A stretch of 64,000 nt of DNA, from assembly GCA_036009625.1 (NCBI GenBank), contig DASYLJ010000090.1, forward strand, positions 4,590 through 68,589. Reading direction: 5' to 3'. Position numbers and translations under genes: made by a program. Positions within the stretch are counted from its first letter, which is position 1; every line of letters begins with the position of its first letter. Source of the DNA: Candidatus Binatia bacterium. Its GTDB lineage: Bacteria; Desulfobacterota; Binatia; DP-6. Under the pieces are notes generated by a model. That model saw only the letters and a list, made by a program, of their open reading frames with translations. It made no database searches and was not told the DNA's origin. Shown one piece after another: positions 38,569 to 47,940 of the stretch.

Positions 38569-39270
38569 ATGGGGTTGACGCGACGGGAGCTGGGATCGCT
38601 GCTGGGGATGGCCGCCATCGCGGGGCTCGTGGAGCCGCGACGGGCAGCGGCGGACGAGGTGCTCGACGGCGTCTGTCAGGAGCGCGGCGTGGAGGCGGCG
38701 GAGCTGTGGGGCAATCTCGTCTCGGGCAACCGGCGCTTCGTCGCCGGCACGCCGGCCGAGCACGCCCTGGTCGATGTGCGCGAGCAGCTCGCCGCGGGCC
38801 AGCGGCCACGCGTCGTCGTCCTCGGCTGCTCCGACAGCCGCGTCGGTCCGGAGACCGTCTTCGACAGCGGCCTCGGCGAGCTCTTCGTGGTGCGGTCCGC
38901 CGGCAACGTCGTCGACCCCGTCGGCCTCGGCAGCATCGAGTACGCCATCAAGCATCATCACCCGAAGCTGCTGGTCGTGCTCGGCCATCAGGACTGCGGC
39001 ATGGTCGAGGCCGCGCTCGACGACGAGCCCATGTCGTCGCCCAGCCTGCAGGCCCTCATGCGGCGCATCGCGCCCAGCGTCGAGATGCTGCGCGACGACC
39101 CGGCGAGCGACGAGCGCCTGCAGCGCGCCGTCGAGGCCAACGTGCGTCAGAGCGCGCGCGACCTGGTGACGTACAGCAGCATCGTCGGTGACGCCGTCTC
39201 GTCGGGCAAGGTGGCGCTGGTGCAGACGTGCTACCGCCTCGCCAGCGGCGAAGTCGTCCGCATGGCCTGA
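38569..39270 (+). CDS. beta-class carbonic anhydrase with a Tat-type signal
   Basis: MGLTRRELGSLLGMAAIAG, followed by the Zn ligands CSDSR and GHQDCG. Confidence 0.8.
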   Translation: MGLTRRELGSLLGMAAIAGLVEPRRAAADEVLDGVCQERGVEAAELWGNLVSGNRRFVAGTPAEHALVDVREQLAAGQRPRVVVLGCSDSRVGPETVFDSGLGELFVVRSAGNVVDPVGLGSIEYAIKHHHPKLLVVLGHQDCGMVEAALDDEPMSSPSLQALMRRIAPSVEMLRDDPASDERLQRAVEANVRQSARDLVTYSSIVGDAVSSGKVALVQTCYRLASGEVVRMA

Positions 39271-39491
39271 CCTCGCGTCCGACCTCTTCCGACGTCGCTA
39301 TCCGGGCGTGGCGCTCAGGCGGGTCCTCGTCGACCACGGCGTCTGCACGACCGACGAGCTGAGCGGCCCTCGGCCGTGTTCGCTGACTGGATATCTCCGC
39401 ACCGCGTCAATCGCCCTAGCTTGACGGCAGCCAAATCGACAAGCTACACGGCAAGCGGCAAACGGACTGTATTCCAACCGCGGAGGTGACC

Positions 39492-40253
39492 ATGCGTCCA
39501 TCGACAGCGAGTCTGGCCGGCGTCGTCCTACTCTGCACCGCCACCCTGGCTCTCGCGGGGGAACCGGTGCTCGCCAACTTCCGCTTCTACGGCTTCGTCC
39601 CCGTCGATCGGGACGCGTCCCGCGTGCAGATCGCCATCGCGAAGCAAGCCACCACGTTGGCCGTCGCGCTCACCGCCTGCCGCCGCAACGGCGTGCGCGG
39701 GGTGCTGAAGGCCGATGCCGTCGACGTCGAAGCCTGCATGGCCACGGCGTACGGCCGCTTCACCGAGCACACGGCCGACCTCGACGCCGTGGCATGCATC
39801 ACGCCCGCACTCCAGAACGAGTTGGGGACCTTCTTCAAGGACTACGCCGTCTCGTTCGATCCCATCCTGTGGTGTGACGGCAGCGAGCCCCTGCCCGACG
39901 GATTCAGCGGCGGCTTCGTTCCGACCGCGAACGTCTACCGCACCGAAAGCGCCGTTTCGCGGAAGCTGATGGACTACGGTCGCGACATCTCGTCGTGCGT
40001 CCAGCGCGCCATGGCGCGTCTGGTCGCCGGCCGTGCGCCCGAGCTCGAGGCCTGCCTGGCGACGGCGCGTGCCGACGCCGACGCTTCCATGCTGCGTGGC
40101 CAGCTGTCCCGGCGCATCGCGGGACTCGAGCCCGACGATTGCCTGAAGGGCGCGAACGACGTCGCCGCCGCGCTCGATGCGATCGCGAATCTCGCCCCCA
40201 ACCTGAGTGAAGCCGTGTTCTGCGAGACCCCAGAGAGCCCCCCCCCGAACTAG
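39492..40253 (+). CDS. secreted cysteine-rich hypothetical protein
   Basis: The ATG at 39492 is preceded by GGAGG at 5-nt spacing. Signal peptide MRPSTASLAGVVLLCTATLALAG. About 9 further Cys. No recognised domain. Confidence 0.6.
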   Translation: MRPSTASLAGVVLLCTATLALAGEPVLANFRFYGFVPVDRDASRVQIAIAKQATTLAVALTACRRNGVRGVLKADAVDVEACMATAYGRFTEHTADLDAVACITPALQNELGTFFKDYAVSFDPILWCDGSEPLPDGFSGGFVPTANVYRTESAVSRKLMDYGRDISSCVQRAMARLVAGRAPELEACLATARADADASMLRGQLSRRIAGLEPDDCLKGANDVAAALDAIANLAPNLSEAVFCETPESPPPN

Positions 40254-41023
40254 GCGACCTTCCGCACCTTCCAGACCTCTTCGCACGGCCACTGCCGTGC
40301 CCAGGCGAGGGGCATGAACGGGTAGCGCGTCGTCGAGCCCTCGGGCGGCTGGACGTCGATCAGATCCTCGATCGTGAAGCCGTGGCGACGCAGCAGACGG
40401 ATCCAGTCGCCGTGCCCGAGGTGGAACTCGACGCTGGGATCGTTCGACCACTCCAGGCGGTGGAGTCCGAACGCGGGACGCACCAGCCGATCCCCGGCGA
40501 CGCTGCCCTCGCCGTCGGGAATGCAGAGCGCCGACAGCCAGCCGTTGGTCAGGAAGACGAGACGACCGCCCGGCCGCAGCAGCCGCGCCGCCTCCGGAAT
40601 CCATTTGTACGGATCGGCCCACAGACACGCGCCGTACTCGGAGATGGCGAGGTCGAAGCTGGCGTCCGGATACGGCACCGTCTCCGCGTTGCCGTGCAGG
40701 AGCGGGAACGTGATGCCGTGCTCGGCCTGCAGCCGGCGCGCCGTCGCGAGCTGCGCCTCCGAGTTGTCGATGCCGACGGGACGCGCGCCACGCCGCGCGA
40801 GCCACGACGACACGTAGGCCGTGCCGCACCCGAGCTCGATCGCATCGCAGCCGTCCACGTCGTCGAGGAGCCCGAGCGCAGCTTCGGGCACACCGTAGAT
40901 GCCCCAGTGCGGAACGTTCTCGCTCCAGTTGCGCTCCGCCGCCGGCACGTACTCCGCGGCCCACACGTCCCATATCTCGCGGTTGCTGCGGACGTAGTCC
41001 GGCAGATCGTCGTCGGTCGCCAT
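40250..41023 (-). CDS. class I SAM-dependent methyltransferase
   Basis: Motif I AIELGCGTAY and LLRPGGRLVF. Confidence 0.75.
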   Translation of the reverse strand: MATDDDLPDYVRSNREIWDVWAAEYVPAAERNWSENVPHWGIYGVPEAALGLLDDVDGCDAIELGCGTAYVSSWLARRGARPVGIDNSEAQLATARRLQAEHGITFPLLHGNAETVPYPDASFDLAISEYGACLWADPYKWIPEAARLLRPGGRLVFLTNGWLSALCIPDGEGSVAGDRLVRPAFGLHRLEWSNDPSVEFHLGHGDWIRLLRRHGFTIEDLIDVQPPEGSTTRYPFMPLAWARQWPCEEVWKVRKVA

Positions 41024-41053
41024 GCCGCACCGTCGGCGATCACCGCGACGAGG

Positions 41054-42448
41054 TCAACCGCCGGGACGATCGTCGTGCCACGTGGTGCGCTGCTGGAACG
41101 CCTGCCCGGCGCCGAGGAGATCGGGCTCGGCGAAGGCGCGGCCGATCAGTTGGAGCCCGATCGGCAACCCGTCACGTGCGCGACCCGCGGGCAGCGACAG
41201 CGCCGGCAGCCCGGTCAGGTTGAACGGGCCGGTGAAGCGCGCCAGCACCTCCTGCACGCCGCGCTCGACGCCGCCCACCGCCAGCACCTGCGCCCAGGTG
41301 TCGGGCGCGGTGACCGCAGTCGTCGGCGTCGCCAGCAGATCGACCGGCAGCGCATGGATCGCCCGATGGAGCCGGGTGCGGTAGCGCTGCGCGGCCACGT
41401 AGTGCCGCGCCTGCACCACCTTGGCGAGCTCGAGGAAGATGCGGCAGTCGAGGCCGATCGCGTCGCGACGTTCCCCGACCACGGCGCCGAGCGCCGCCTC
41501 GGCTTCGGCAAAGACGACCGCACCGAGCGCAGCGTTGGCGTGCTCGAGCTCCGGCAGCGCGACGTCGCGCACGAGCGCGCCCGCGTCGCGCAGGACGTCG
41601 AGGCTCGCCGCGAATGCGCGCGCCACCTCGTCGTCGATTGCCCCGTCGACGAACGCACGCGGGACACCGACGATCCGCCCCGCGAGCCCACGATCGAGGC
41701 CGGCAACATAGTCGGGCACGGCGAGATTCGCACTGGTGCTGTCGAGCGGATCGGGCCCGGCCAGCACGCCGAGTACGAGCGCCACGTCCGCGACGCGGCG
41801 CGCGAGCGGGCCGACGTGGTCGAGGCTCCACGCCAGCGGCGTGACGTCGGCGCGGCTGACGCGGCCGTACGTCGGCTTGAGCCCGGTGAGCCCGCAGAAG
41901 CTGGCGGGGATGCGGATCGACCCGCCCGTGTCGCTGCCGAGCGCCACCGGCACCATGCCCGCCGCCACCGCCACCGCCGAGCCGCTGCTCGAGCCACCCG
42001 GCATGCGGTCGGGGTGCCACGGATTCACCGGCGTCCCGAGCGCGGGGTTCACGCCGGTGGGACCGAACGCCAGCTCGTGCATCTGCGTCGTCCCTACGAC
42101 GACGGCGCCGGCGGCGCGCAGGCGCGCGACGACGGACGCATCGGCGCGCGCCGGCGGATCGTCGCGAAATGCGAGGCTGCCGTTGCCGCGCACGACATCG
42201 CGCACCGCGAAGAGGTCCTTGACGGCGACGGGTACGCCCGCGAGCGGACCAGTCGCGCTGCCGGCGTCGACGGCGCGCGCGTCGCGCAACGCGGCGTCGG
42301 CACAGACGGTGACGAAGGCGTGCAGACGATCGTCGAGAGCGCGGATGCGTTCGAGGTGGGCCTCGACGACGCTGACGGCGGTCCGCTCGCGCGTGCGCAC
42401 CGCACGCGCGAGCGCCGCGACGGATTCCCCTGCGACGTCGGTACGCAT
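41054..42448 (-). CDS. amidase (amidase-signature family, GatA/AtzE-like)
   Basis: AS signature [36 protein letters not shown]. Confidence 0.85.
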   Translation of the reverse strand: MRTDVAGESVAALARAVRTRERTAVSVVEAHLERIRALDDRLHAFVTVCADAALRDARAVDAGSATGPLAGVPVAVKDLFAVRDVVRGNGSLAFRDDPPARADASVVARLRAAGAVVVGTTQMHELAFGPTGVNPALGTPVNPWHPDRMPGGSSSGSAVAVAAGMVPVALGSDTGGSIRIPASFCGLTGLKPTYGRVSRADVTPLAWSLDHVGPLARRVADVALVLGVLAGPDPLDSTSANLAVPDYVAGLDRGLAGRIVGVPRAFVDGAIDDEVARAFAASLDVLRDAGALVRDVALPELEHANAALGAVVFAEAEAALGAVVGERRDAIGLDCRIFLELAKVVQARHYVAAQRYRTRLHRAIHALPVDLLATPTTAVTAPDTWAQVLAVGGVERGVQEVLARFTGPFNLTGLPALSLPAGRARDGLPIGLQLIGRAFAEPDLLGAGQAFQQRTTWHDDRPGG

Positions 42449-42636
42449 CAGTCGGCGTCGCGCACGAGCATACGTGCCGGATCGAAGGGCTCGACGTCGC
42501 CGAGATCGAGCGCGGCGAGCGCGTCGAGCGCCGTCACCATGGGGCCGGCGAGGACGGCGATCATCGGTACCACCGCGTCCGGCAACTGCACTCCGGCGGC
42601 CAGAAGGCGCTGGCGGAAGCCGTCGAGGTCGTCCAT
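42448..42636 (-). CDS. small GatC/AtzG-like (DUF4089-like) protein, putative amidase partner
   Basis: 62 aa. Its TGA shares 1 nt with the amidase ATG. The acidic C-terminus ([12 protein letters not shown]) resembles AtzG/GatC-type small subunits. Confidence 0.4.
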   Translation of the reverse strand: MDDLDGFRQRLLAAGVQLPDAVVPMIAVLAGPMVTALDALAALDLGDVEPFDPARMLVRDAD

Positions 42637-42687
42637 CGAGCGCTGCTTAGCGCCGCTGCGGGTCGTGGCGCAATGGGATCCGTGTCG

Positions 42688-43806
42688 TCACGGCTTGCCG
42701 CCCATCGGGTAGCTGCCACTGCTGCTGCGGCCGGTGCTGGTGCCGGTACGCCCGTCGACCGCGTGCGTGCCGCTCCCGCCGCCCTCGTGACTCCCCTGGC
42801 CGTCGCCCGACGCCGGTCGCTCGGCGCGCGCCGGACGATCGCCGCCGCGGTTGCCTCCGCCGCCGCCGTCACCACGCGGGGCCATCGGCCGCACGTCACC
42901 GTGCCACGCACCCGATCCGTTCGACTGCACGCCCGGACGCTGCGCCGGCGCATTCGGCACCGCGCGGGTCACCGTTCCGGGCTCGTGACGTCGCTCGTGC
43001 ACGGGTGGCGGCAGCGGCGGCTCCGGCTGGCGCACCGCCGGACGATCGCCCGACGACGGCGCCGGTCGTCGCGTGATGGAGACGTCGTCGTCGTCGCGAT
43101 CGGAGCGACGATGATCGTCCTGGTCGGGACCCGGCCGACGACGATCGCTGCCGCGGCGATCCATCGACTCCAGCTCACGCCGATGCCATGGCGCCAGCGT
43201 CTCCGCGGGTCGGTCGCCGTACTGGCGTACCGGATGACGGGTGACGCGCTCGATGCGCTGGCGATCGACGCGGTCGACGCGATGCTCGGACCAGGAATCG
43301 CGCACGTGCCCTGGAAGACGTCCGTGCGGGACGTATGCCGAGCGCAGGCGCGGATTGCAGAACTGATCGTCGCGCACGAAGAAGTAGTCGTCGAAGCCGG
43401 CGCGCCAGCCGAACGGCCCGAGCGGCGCCCAACCGACATAGCCGTCGTCGTAGACCCAATCGACCCATGCGGGTCCCCACACCCTGCCGGGCACCCATAC
43501 CCAGCCGTAGCTCGGTGCCAGCGCCCAGCGGCCATAGTGGAAGGTCCACGCCCACGGCTCGTACGACACCCACGTCCAGCCGTACGCCGTCCACACCCAC
43601 TGGCCGTCGGAATAGGGCGCCCATCCGTAGGCGACGCTCGGACGCCACACCCGGCCGTAGGTCGGGATGTCGTCCCAGGTGCCATGCGGGGCGAGCGACG
43701 CCTCGTAGCCGTCGGGGTCGGGTCCGTCGTCGTACGGATAGTCCTGTGCGACGGCGGCGCCGGCGAGGACGGTGACGACGATCAGCGATGCGAGCCAGGT
43801 GCGCAT
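42688..43806 (-). CDS. secreted Trp/Tyr-rich repeat protein (DUF6600-like) with a long charged, disordered C-terminal tail
   Basis: Signal peptide MRTWLASLIVVTVLAGAAVA from the ATG at 43806. Repeated YGW-x-W-x-P units (YGRVWRP, YGWAPY, YGWTWVSYEPW, YGWVWVPGRVWGPAWVDW). Arg/Asp/Gly-rich tail. Confidence 0.6.
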   Translation of the reverse strand: MRTWLASLIVVTVLAGAAVAQDYPYDDGPDPDGYEASLAPHGTWDDIPTYGRVWRPSVAYGWAPYSDGQWVWTAYGWTWVSYEPWAWTFHYGRWALAPSYGWVWVPGRVWGPAWVDWVYDDGYVGWAPLGPFGWRAGFDDYFFVRDDQFCNPRLRSAYVPHGRLPGHVRDSWSEHRVDRVDRQRIERVTRHPVRQYGDRPAETLAPWHRRELESMDRRGSDRRRPGPDQDDHRRSDRDDDDVSITRRPAPSSGDRPAVRQPEPPLPPPVHERRHEPGTVTRAVPNAPAQRPGVQSNGSGAWHGDVRPMAPRGDGGGGGNRGGDRPARAERPASGDGQGSHEGGGSGTHAVDGRTGTSTGRSSSGSYPMGGKP

Positions 43807-43845
43807 GAGGATCGGCAACACGGCCAGTGGCCGTATGTTCCGATC

Positions 43846-45849
43846 CTACTCGAAGTCGAACTCTTCGACGACCTGCAATCCTCGCAAGATCGTGGGAGGG
43901 AATCCTTCGACGAAGCGCGACGGCTTGCCGAGCACCATGCCCGTTGCGCGGTCGTAGATGTCGATCGGATACGTCAGGTAGAGGTGCTCCTTCGCGCGCG
44001 TGACGGCGACGTAGAGCAGGCGACGCTCCTCCTCCACTTCCTCCTGATCGTGGAGGTTGTGGTACGACGGGAAGCGGCCGTCGACGAGGCCGATGACGAA
44101 CACCACGCGCCACTCGAGGCCCTTCGCCGAGTGGATGGTGGAGAGCGTCAGCATGCCTTCGTCGACCTCGGCGGCGAGCACGTCGCCGACGCTGTCGGTG
44201 GGCGGCTCGAGCGCCATGTCGGTGAGCAGGCTGCTCAACGTGCGGTAGCGCGCGGCGATGGTGAGGAAGTGCTCGAGGTCTTTCTCGCGCTTCGGGTAGT
44301 CCTCGGGATGCAGATGCCGCAGCATCGGCGCGTAGAAGCCGACGACGCGCGCTACCTGCTCCTCGGGCGATATCTCCTCGGGGGCGATCTCGCGCAGCAG
44401 CTCGGCGAGACGTCCGAGCTCCTTCGAGTACGCGCCGCGCTTCGGATAGTCCGCCAGCAACGCGGCTGCCTGCGCGATGTCGGCGGCCGCCGCACCGACG
44501 TGACGGAACACGTCGTCGGCGGTCTTCGGTCCGAGCCCGTCGAGCAGCAGCAGCATGCGGTGCCAGGACACGGCGTCGCGTGGGTTCGCCACCACGCGGA
44601 GGTGGGCGAGGACGTCCTTCACGTGCGCGGTCTCGATGAACTTGAAGCCGCCGCGCTTGACGAACGGGATGTCGTGGCGCTGCAGCTCGAGCTCGAGGTC
44701 GAACGAGTGGTAGCTCGAGCGGAAGAGCACCGCCATCTCATCGAGCGACACGCCCTCCTCACGCAGCTCGAGGATGCGCTGCGAGACGAAGCGCGACTGG
44801 TTGCGCTCGTCGGCGGCGCGCACCAGCAGCGGAATGCGACTGCCCGGGTTGCGCGCGCGCAGCACCTTGGTGTGCTTCTCGGGGGCGCGGTCGATGATGC
44901 CGTTGGCGAGCTGCAGGATGGGCGCAGTGGAGCGGTAGTTCTCCTCGAGCTTGATGAGCTGCGTGCCGGGGAAGAGCTCGGTGAACTCCATGATGTTGCG
45001 GAAGTCGGCGCCGCGGAACGAGTAGATGCTCTGGCTGTCGTCGCCGACCGCCATCACGTTGTCGTGCGTGACGGCGAGCCCGCGCACGATCTCCGCCTGC
45101 AGGCGGTTCGTGTCCTGATACTCGTCCACCATGATGTAGCGATACGTCCGCGACAGCTGCTCGGCCGCCTCGGGGACGTCGCGCACGAGGTCGCGCAACA
45201 GCACCAGCAGGTCGTCGTAGTCGACCAGGCTGCGCTCGCGCTTGTACTTCGTGTACTGCTCGCCGAGCCGCACCAGCTCGTCGAGATGGTCGGCGAGGTG
45301 CCCGTAGTCGTCCTCGATGAGGTCGGCGACGCTGGTGCTGCGGTTCACCGCCATGCTGAGGATCTCGAGGATGGCGTTCTTACGCGGGAAGCGTCGATCT
45401 TTGCGGTCGAGGCCGGCGCGGCTGCGCAGCAGGTTCACCAGGTCTTCGGAGTCGCTGCGGTCGAGGATGGTGAAGCCGGGCTCGAGACCGACGTGACGTC
45501 CCTGCCGGCGCAGCACCGCGTTGGCGAAGGAGTGGAACGTGCCGCCGGAGACGCGGTCGCAGTTGCCGCCGACCAGCGTCGAGGCGCGACCGAGCATTTC
45601 CTCCGACGCCTTGCGGGTGAACGTCAGCAGCAGGATCTGGCCCGGCGGGACGCCGCTCTCGACGAGGCGTGCGACGCGATAAACCAGCGTGCGCGTCTTG
45701 CCGCTGCCGGCGCCGGCGATGACGAGCACGGGGCCGGCGAGCGTCGTCGCGGCGGCATGCTGCGCCTCGTTCAGCTCACCAGCGTAGTCGATGCGATAGC
45801 GCTGCGACGGCTGGGCATCGGGGCGCGAGCGGAGGGTGTAGGTATCCAT
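43846..45849 (-). CDS. ATP-dependent DNA helicase, UvrD/PcrA/Rep family
   Basis: Walker A AGAGSGKTRTLV, plus DEYQDTN, TIHSAKGLEW and YVAVTRAK. Confidence 0.9.
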   Translation of the reverse strand: MDTYTLRSRPDAQPSQRYRIDYAGELNEAQHAAATTLAGPVLVIAGAGSGKTRTLVYRVARLVESGVPPGQILLLTFTRKASEEMLGRASTLVGGNCDRVSGGTFHSFANAVLRRQGRHVGLEPGFTILDRSDSEDLVNLLRSRAGLDRKDRRFPRKNAILEILSMAVNRSTSVADLIEDDYGHLADHLDELVRLGEQYTKYKRERSLVDYDDLLVLLRDLVRDVPEAAEQLSRTYRYIMVDEYQDTNRLQAEIVRGLAVTHDNVMAVGDDSQSIYSFRGADFRNIMEFTELFPGTQLIKLEENYRSTAPILQLANGIIDRAPEKHTKVLRARNPGSRIPLLVRAADERNQSRFVSQRILELREEGVSLDEMAVLFRSSYHSFDLELELQRHDIPFVKRGGFKFIETAHVKDVLAHLRVVANPRDAVSWHRMLLLLDGLGPKTADDVFRHVGAAAADIAQAAALLADYPKRGAYSKELGRLAELLREIAPEEISPEEQVARVVGFYAPMLRHLHPEDYPKREKDLEHFLTIAARYRTLSSLLTDMALEPPTDSVGDVLAAEVDEGMLTLSTIHSAKGLEWRVVFVIGLVDGRFPSYHNLHDQEEVEEERRLLYVAVTRAKEHLYLTYPIDIYDRATGMVLGKPSRFVEGFPPTILRGLQVVEEFDFE

Positions 45850-45936
45850 TCCGGTCGAAGGGACGGTTCTACAGCGATCACCGGATGCCGTCGAGCGAGG
45901 CGTTCCGCGCGCGCGTTTTCGTGTATAGGAGGCCGT

Positions 45937-46155
45937 GTGCGACCCGAGCTCGACCTGCGCGGCGTGCAGTGCCCGCTCTCGTGGGCGAAGGCGCGCGTCT
46001 GGCTCGAGACGCGCTCACGCGGCGAGGAAGTGGCGCTGCGACTCGACGATCCGCGCGGCGCGCGCGATCTTCCGCGCGCCGCGGAGGCGTCGGGCCATCA
46101 CGTCGTCGACGTCACGCCGATCGACGGTGGATGGATCGTCCGGTTGGAGGTTTGA
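45937..46155 (+). CDS. TusA/SirA-like sulfur-carrier protein
   Basis: Hidden at the 3' end of the spurious 1160-aa ORF 42673..46155. The GTG at 45937 follows AGGAGG (45927-45932). VRPELDLRGVQCPLSWAKARVWLE carries the TusA Cys-Pro motif. 72 aa. Confidence 0.65.
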   Translation: MRPELDLRGVQCPLSWAKARVWLETRSRGEEVALRLDDPRGARDLPRAAEASGHHVVDVTPIDGGWIVRLEV

Positions 46156-46189
46156 CATGCGCACGCGCTCTGGGGTTTCGTAATTTCCC

Positions 46190-47077
46190 ATGCCTGCACG
46201 CTCTATCGGCTCCGCCACCGTGAGCTTCGGACTGGTGTCCATTCCTGTACGACTCTACGTCGCGACCCACTCCGAGCAGCCATCCTTCAACCAGATCCAC
46301 CAGGAATGCGGGTCGCGCATCAAGCAGCAGATCTTCTGCCCGCGCTGTGATCGCGTCGTCGAGCGTCGCGAGCTGGTGAAGGGACGCGAGGTCGGCAAGG
46401 AACAGTACGTGCTCTTCACCGACGACGAGCTGAAGGCGCTCGAAGTCGCCGCCAGCCAGTCGATCGACATCCACGAGTTCGTGCCGCTCGCCGCCGTCGA
46501 CCCGGTGTACTTCGAGAACACGCACTACCTCGGTCCCGACAAGGGCGGCGACAAGGCGTACCAGCTGCTCGCGGAAGCCATGCGCGAAACCGCCATGGTG
46601 GCGCTCGCGCAGCACGTCACGCGCGGCAAGGAGCACCTCGTGCTCATCCGTCCGCTGCGCGACGGGCTGGCGCTGCACACGCTCTACTACGCCGACGAGG
46701 TGCGCGCCTTCGACGAGGTCGACCGTGGCGCCACCGTCACCGTCAAGCCCGGCGAGGCGCAGCTGGCGCGCAAGCTCATCGAGCAGCTCACGACGGACGG
46801 CTTCAATCCCGAGCAGTACCGCGACCACTATCGCGACCGGCTGCAGCAGGTGATCGATCAGAAGCTCGCCGGCGACGTCGTAGTCGCACCCGACGTTCCC
46901 GCTCCGCGCGGGCAGGTCATCGACCTGATGGAAGCGTTGAAGCAGAGCCTCGCCCGCGAGGGCGGTCGTCGTACCGCATCCGAGCCCGCCGCCGAAGCGG
47001 CGGACGTTCCGAAGCGTCGCGCGGCCGGTGGTGGCGGCGACGGCGCGCGTCCTCGCGGCGGCGGCAAGAAGAAATAG
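46190..47077 (+). CDS. ku: Ku protein (non-homologous end joining)
   Basis: SFGLVSIPVRLY...YFENTHYLGPDKGGDKAYQLL..., with a basic C-terminal tail (GGGKKK). Confidence 0.9.
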   Translation: MPARSIGSATVSFGLVSIPVRLYVATHSEQPSFNQIHQECGSRIKQQIFCPRCDRVVERRELVKGREVGKEQYVLFTDDELKALEVAASQSIDIHEFVPLAAVDPVYFENTHYLGPDKGGDKAYQLLAEAMRETAMVALAQHVTRGKEHLVLIRPLRDGLALHTLYYADEVRAFDEVDRGATVTVKPGEAQLARKLIEQLTTDGFNPEQYRDHYRDRLQQVIDQKLAGDVVVAPDVPAPRGQVIDLMEALKQSLAREGGRRTASEPAAEAADVPKRRAAGGGGDGARPRGGGKKK

Positions 47078-47940
47078 TGGCGGCACCACACGTGAGCGGG
47101 GTGGCCGAGGCCCACTTCGATACCGCGCAGGCGGCGCGGATCGTGGGCCTCCCGCTCGGTCGGCTCCGCCAGTGCGTGCGCGCCGGCCTGGTCGCCCCCG
47201 AGCGCGACGGCCGCGGTCGACTCCGTTTCGACTTCCTCGATCTCGTGCTGCTGCGCACGACGCGCGCCCTCCTCGAGCAGCACGTCCCGCTCACCAAGAT
47301 CGGCCGCGTCCTGCGCTCGCTGCGCCGGCAGATCGGCGATCGGCCCCTCACCCGCCTGAGCGTCTTCAAAGAGGGCGCGCGCGTGGTGGCGTACGACGGC
47401 AGCAACCGCTGGCAGCCCGAGTCGGGGCAGCTGCTCTTCAACTTCGACGCCGACCGCGTCGCGCGCAAGCACGCCAGCGTCGCCAAGCTGCCCGAGCCGC
47501 AGAAGACGCGCCTCCCCGCGCTCACCTCCGAGCAGTGGTGCGACCTCGCCATGGACATCGAGGACAGCTCGCCGCTCGAGGCGCGCGCCGCGTACCACCA
47601 CGCCCTCGACCTCGACCCGACCAACGTCGTCGCGCGCATCAACCTCGGGCGCCTGCTGCACGGCGACGGCAATCTCGTCGGCGCCGAGTCGCACTTCCGC
47701 GACGCCGTCCGCTACGATCCGGATTACGGGCTCGCCTGGTACAACCTCGGCGTCGTGCTCGAGGACGCACATCGCCCCGACGAGGCGCTGCCGTGCTACG
47801 AGGAGGGGGTGCGCACCGACCCCACACTGGCCGACGCCCATTGGAACCTGAGCCTGCTCTACGAGAAGGCCGGGCGTCACCAGGACGCCATCCGTCACCT
47901 CGCCGTCTACCGGCGGCTGTCGACGGACCCCGCGCGCTGA
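47077..47940 (+). CDS. MerR-family HTH protein fused to TPR repeats
   Basis: The GTG at 47077 shares 1 nt with the Ku TAG. N-terminal MerR-like HTH (FDTAQAARIVGLPLGRLRQCVRAGLV...FDFLDLVLLRT). C-terminal TPR units (AYHHALDLDP, AESHFRDAVRYDPDYGLAWYNLG, CYEEGVRTDP). Confidence 0.65.
   Translation: MAAPHVSGVAEAHFDTAQAARIVGLPLGRLRQCVRAGLVAPERDGRGRLRFDFLDLVLLRTTRALLEQHVPLTKIGRVLRSLRRQIGDRPLTRLSVFKEGARVVAYDGSNRWQPESGQLLFNFDADRVARKHASVAKLPEPQKTRLPALTSEQWCDLAMDIEDSSPLEARAAYHHALDLDPTNVVARINLGRLLHGDGNLVGAESHFRDAVRYDPDYGLAWYNLGVVLEDAHRPDEALPCYEEGVRTDPTLADAHWNLSLLYEKAGRHQDAIRHLAVYRRLSTDPAR

Noticed and set aside
42673-46155. Very long ORFs on the strand opposite to well-supported genes. Examples: 42673..46155 (1160 aa), 17243..19909 (888 aa), 30016..32655 (879 aa), 40382..42712 (776 aa), 16764..19022 (752 aa) and 51636..53462 (608 aa).
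   Set aside because: Their translations are Arg/Ala/Gly/Pro-rich low-complexity sequence with no motifs. They lie antisense to, or read through, genes with clear family signatures. Such stop-free antisense frames are expected at about 70% GC. The only real part I found is the TusA-like 3' end of 42673..46155.
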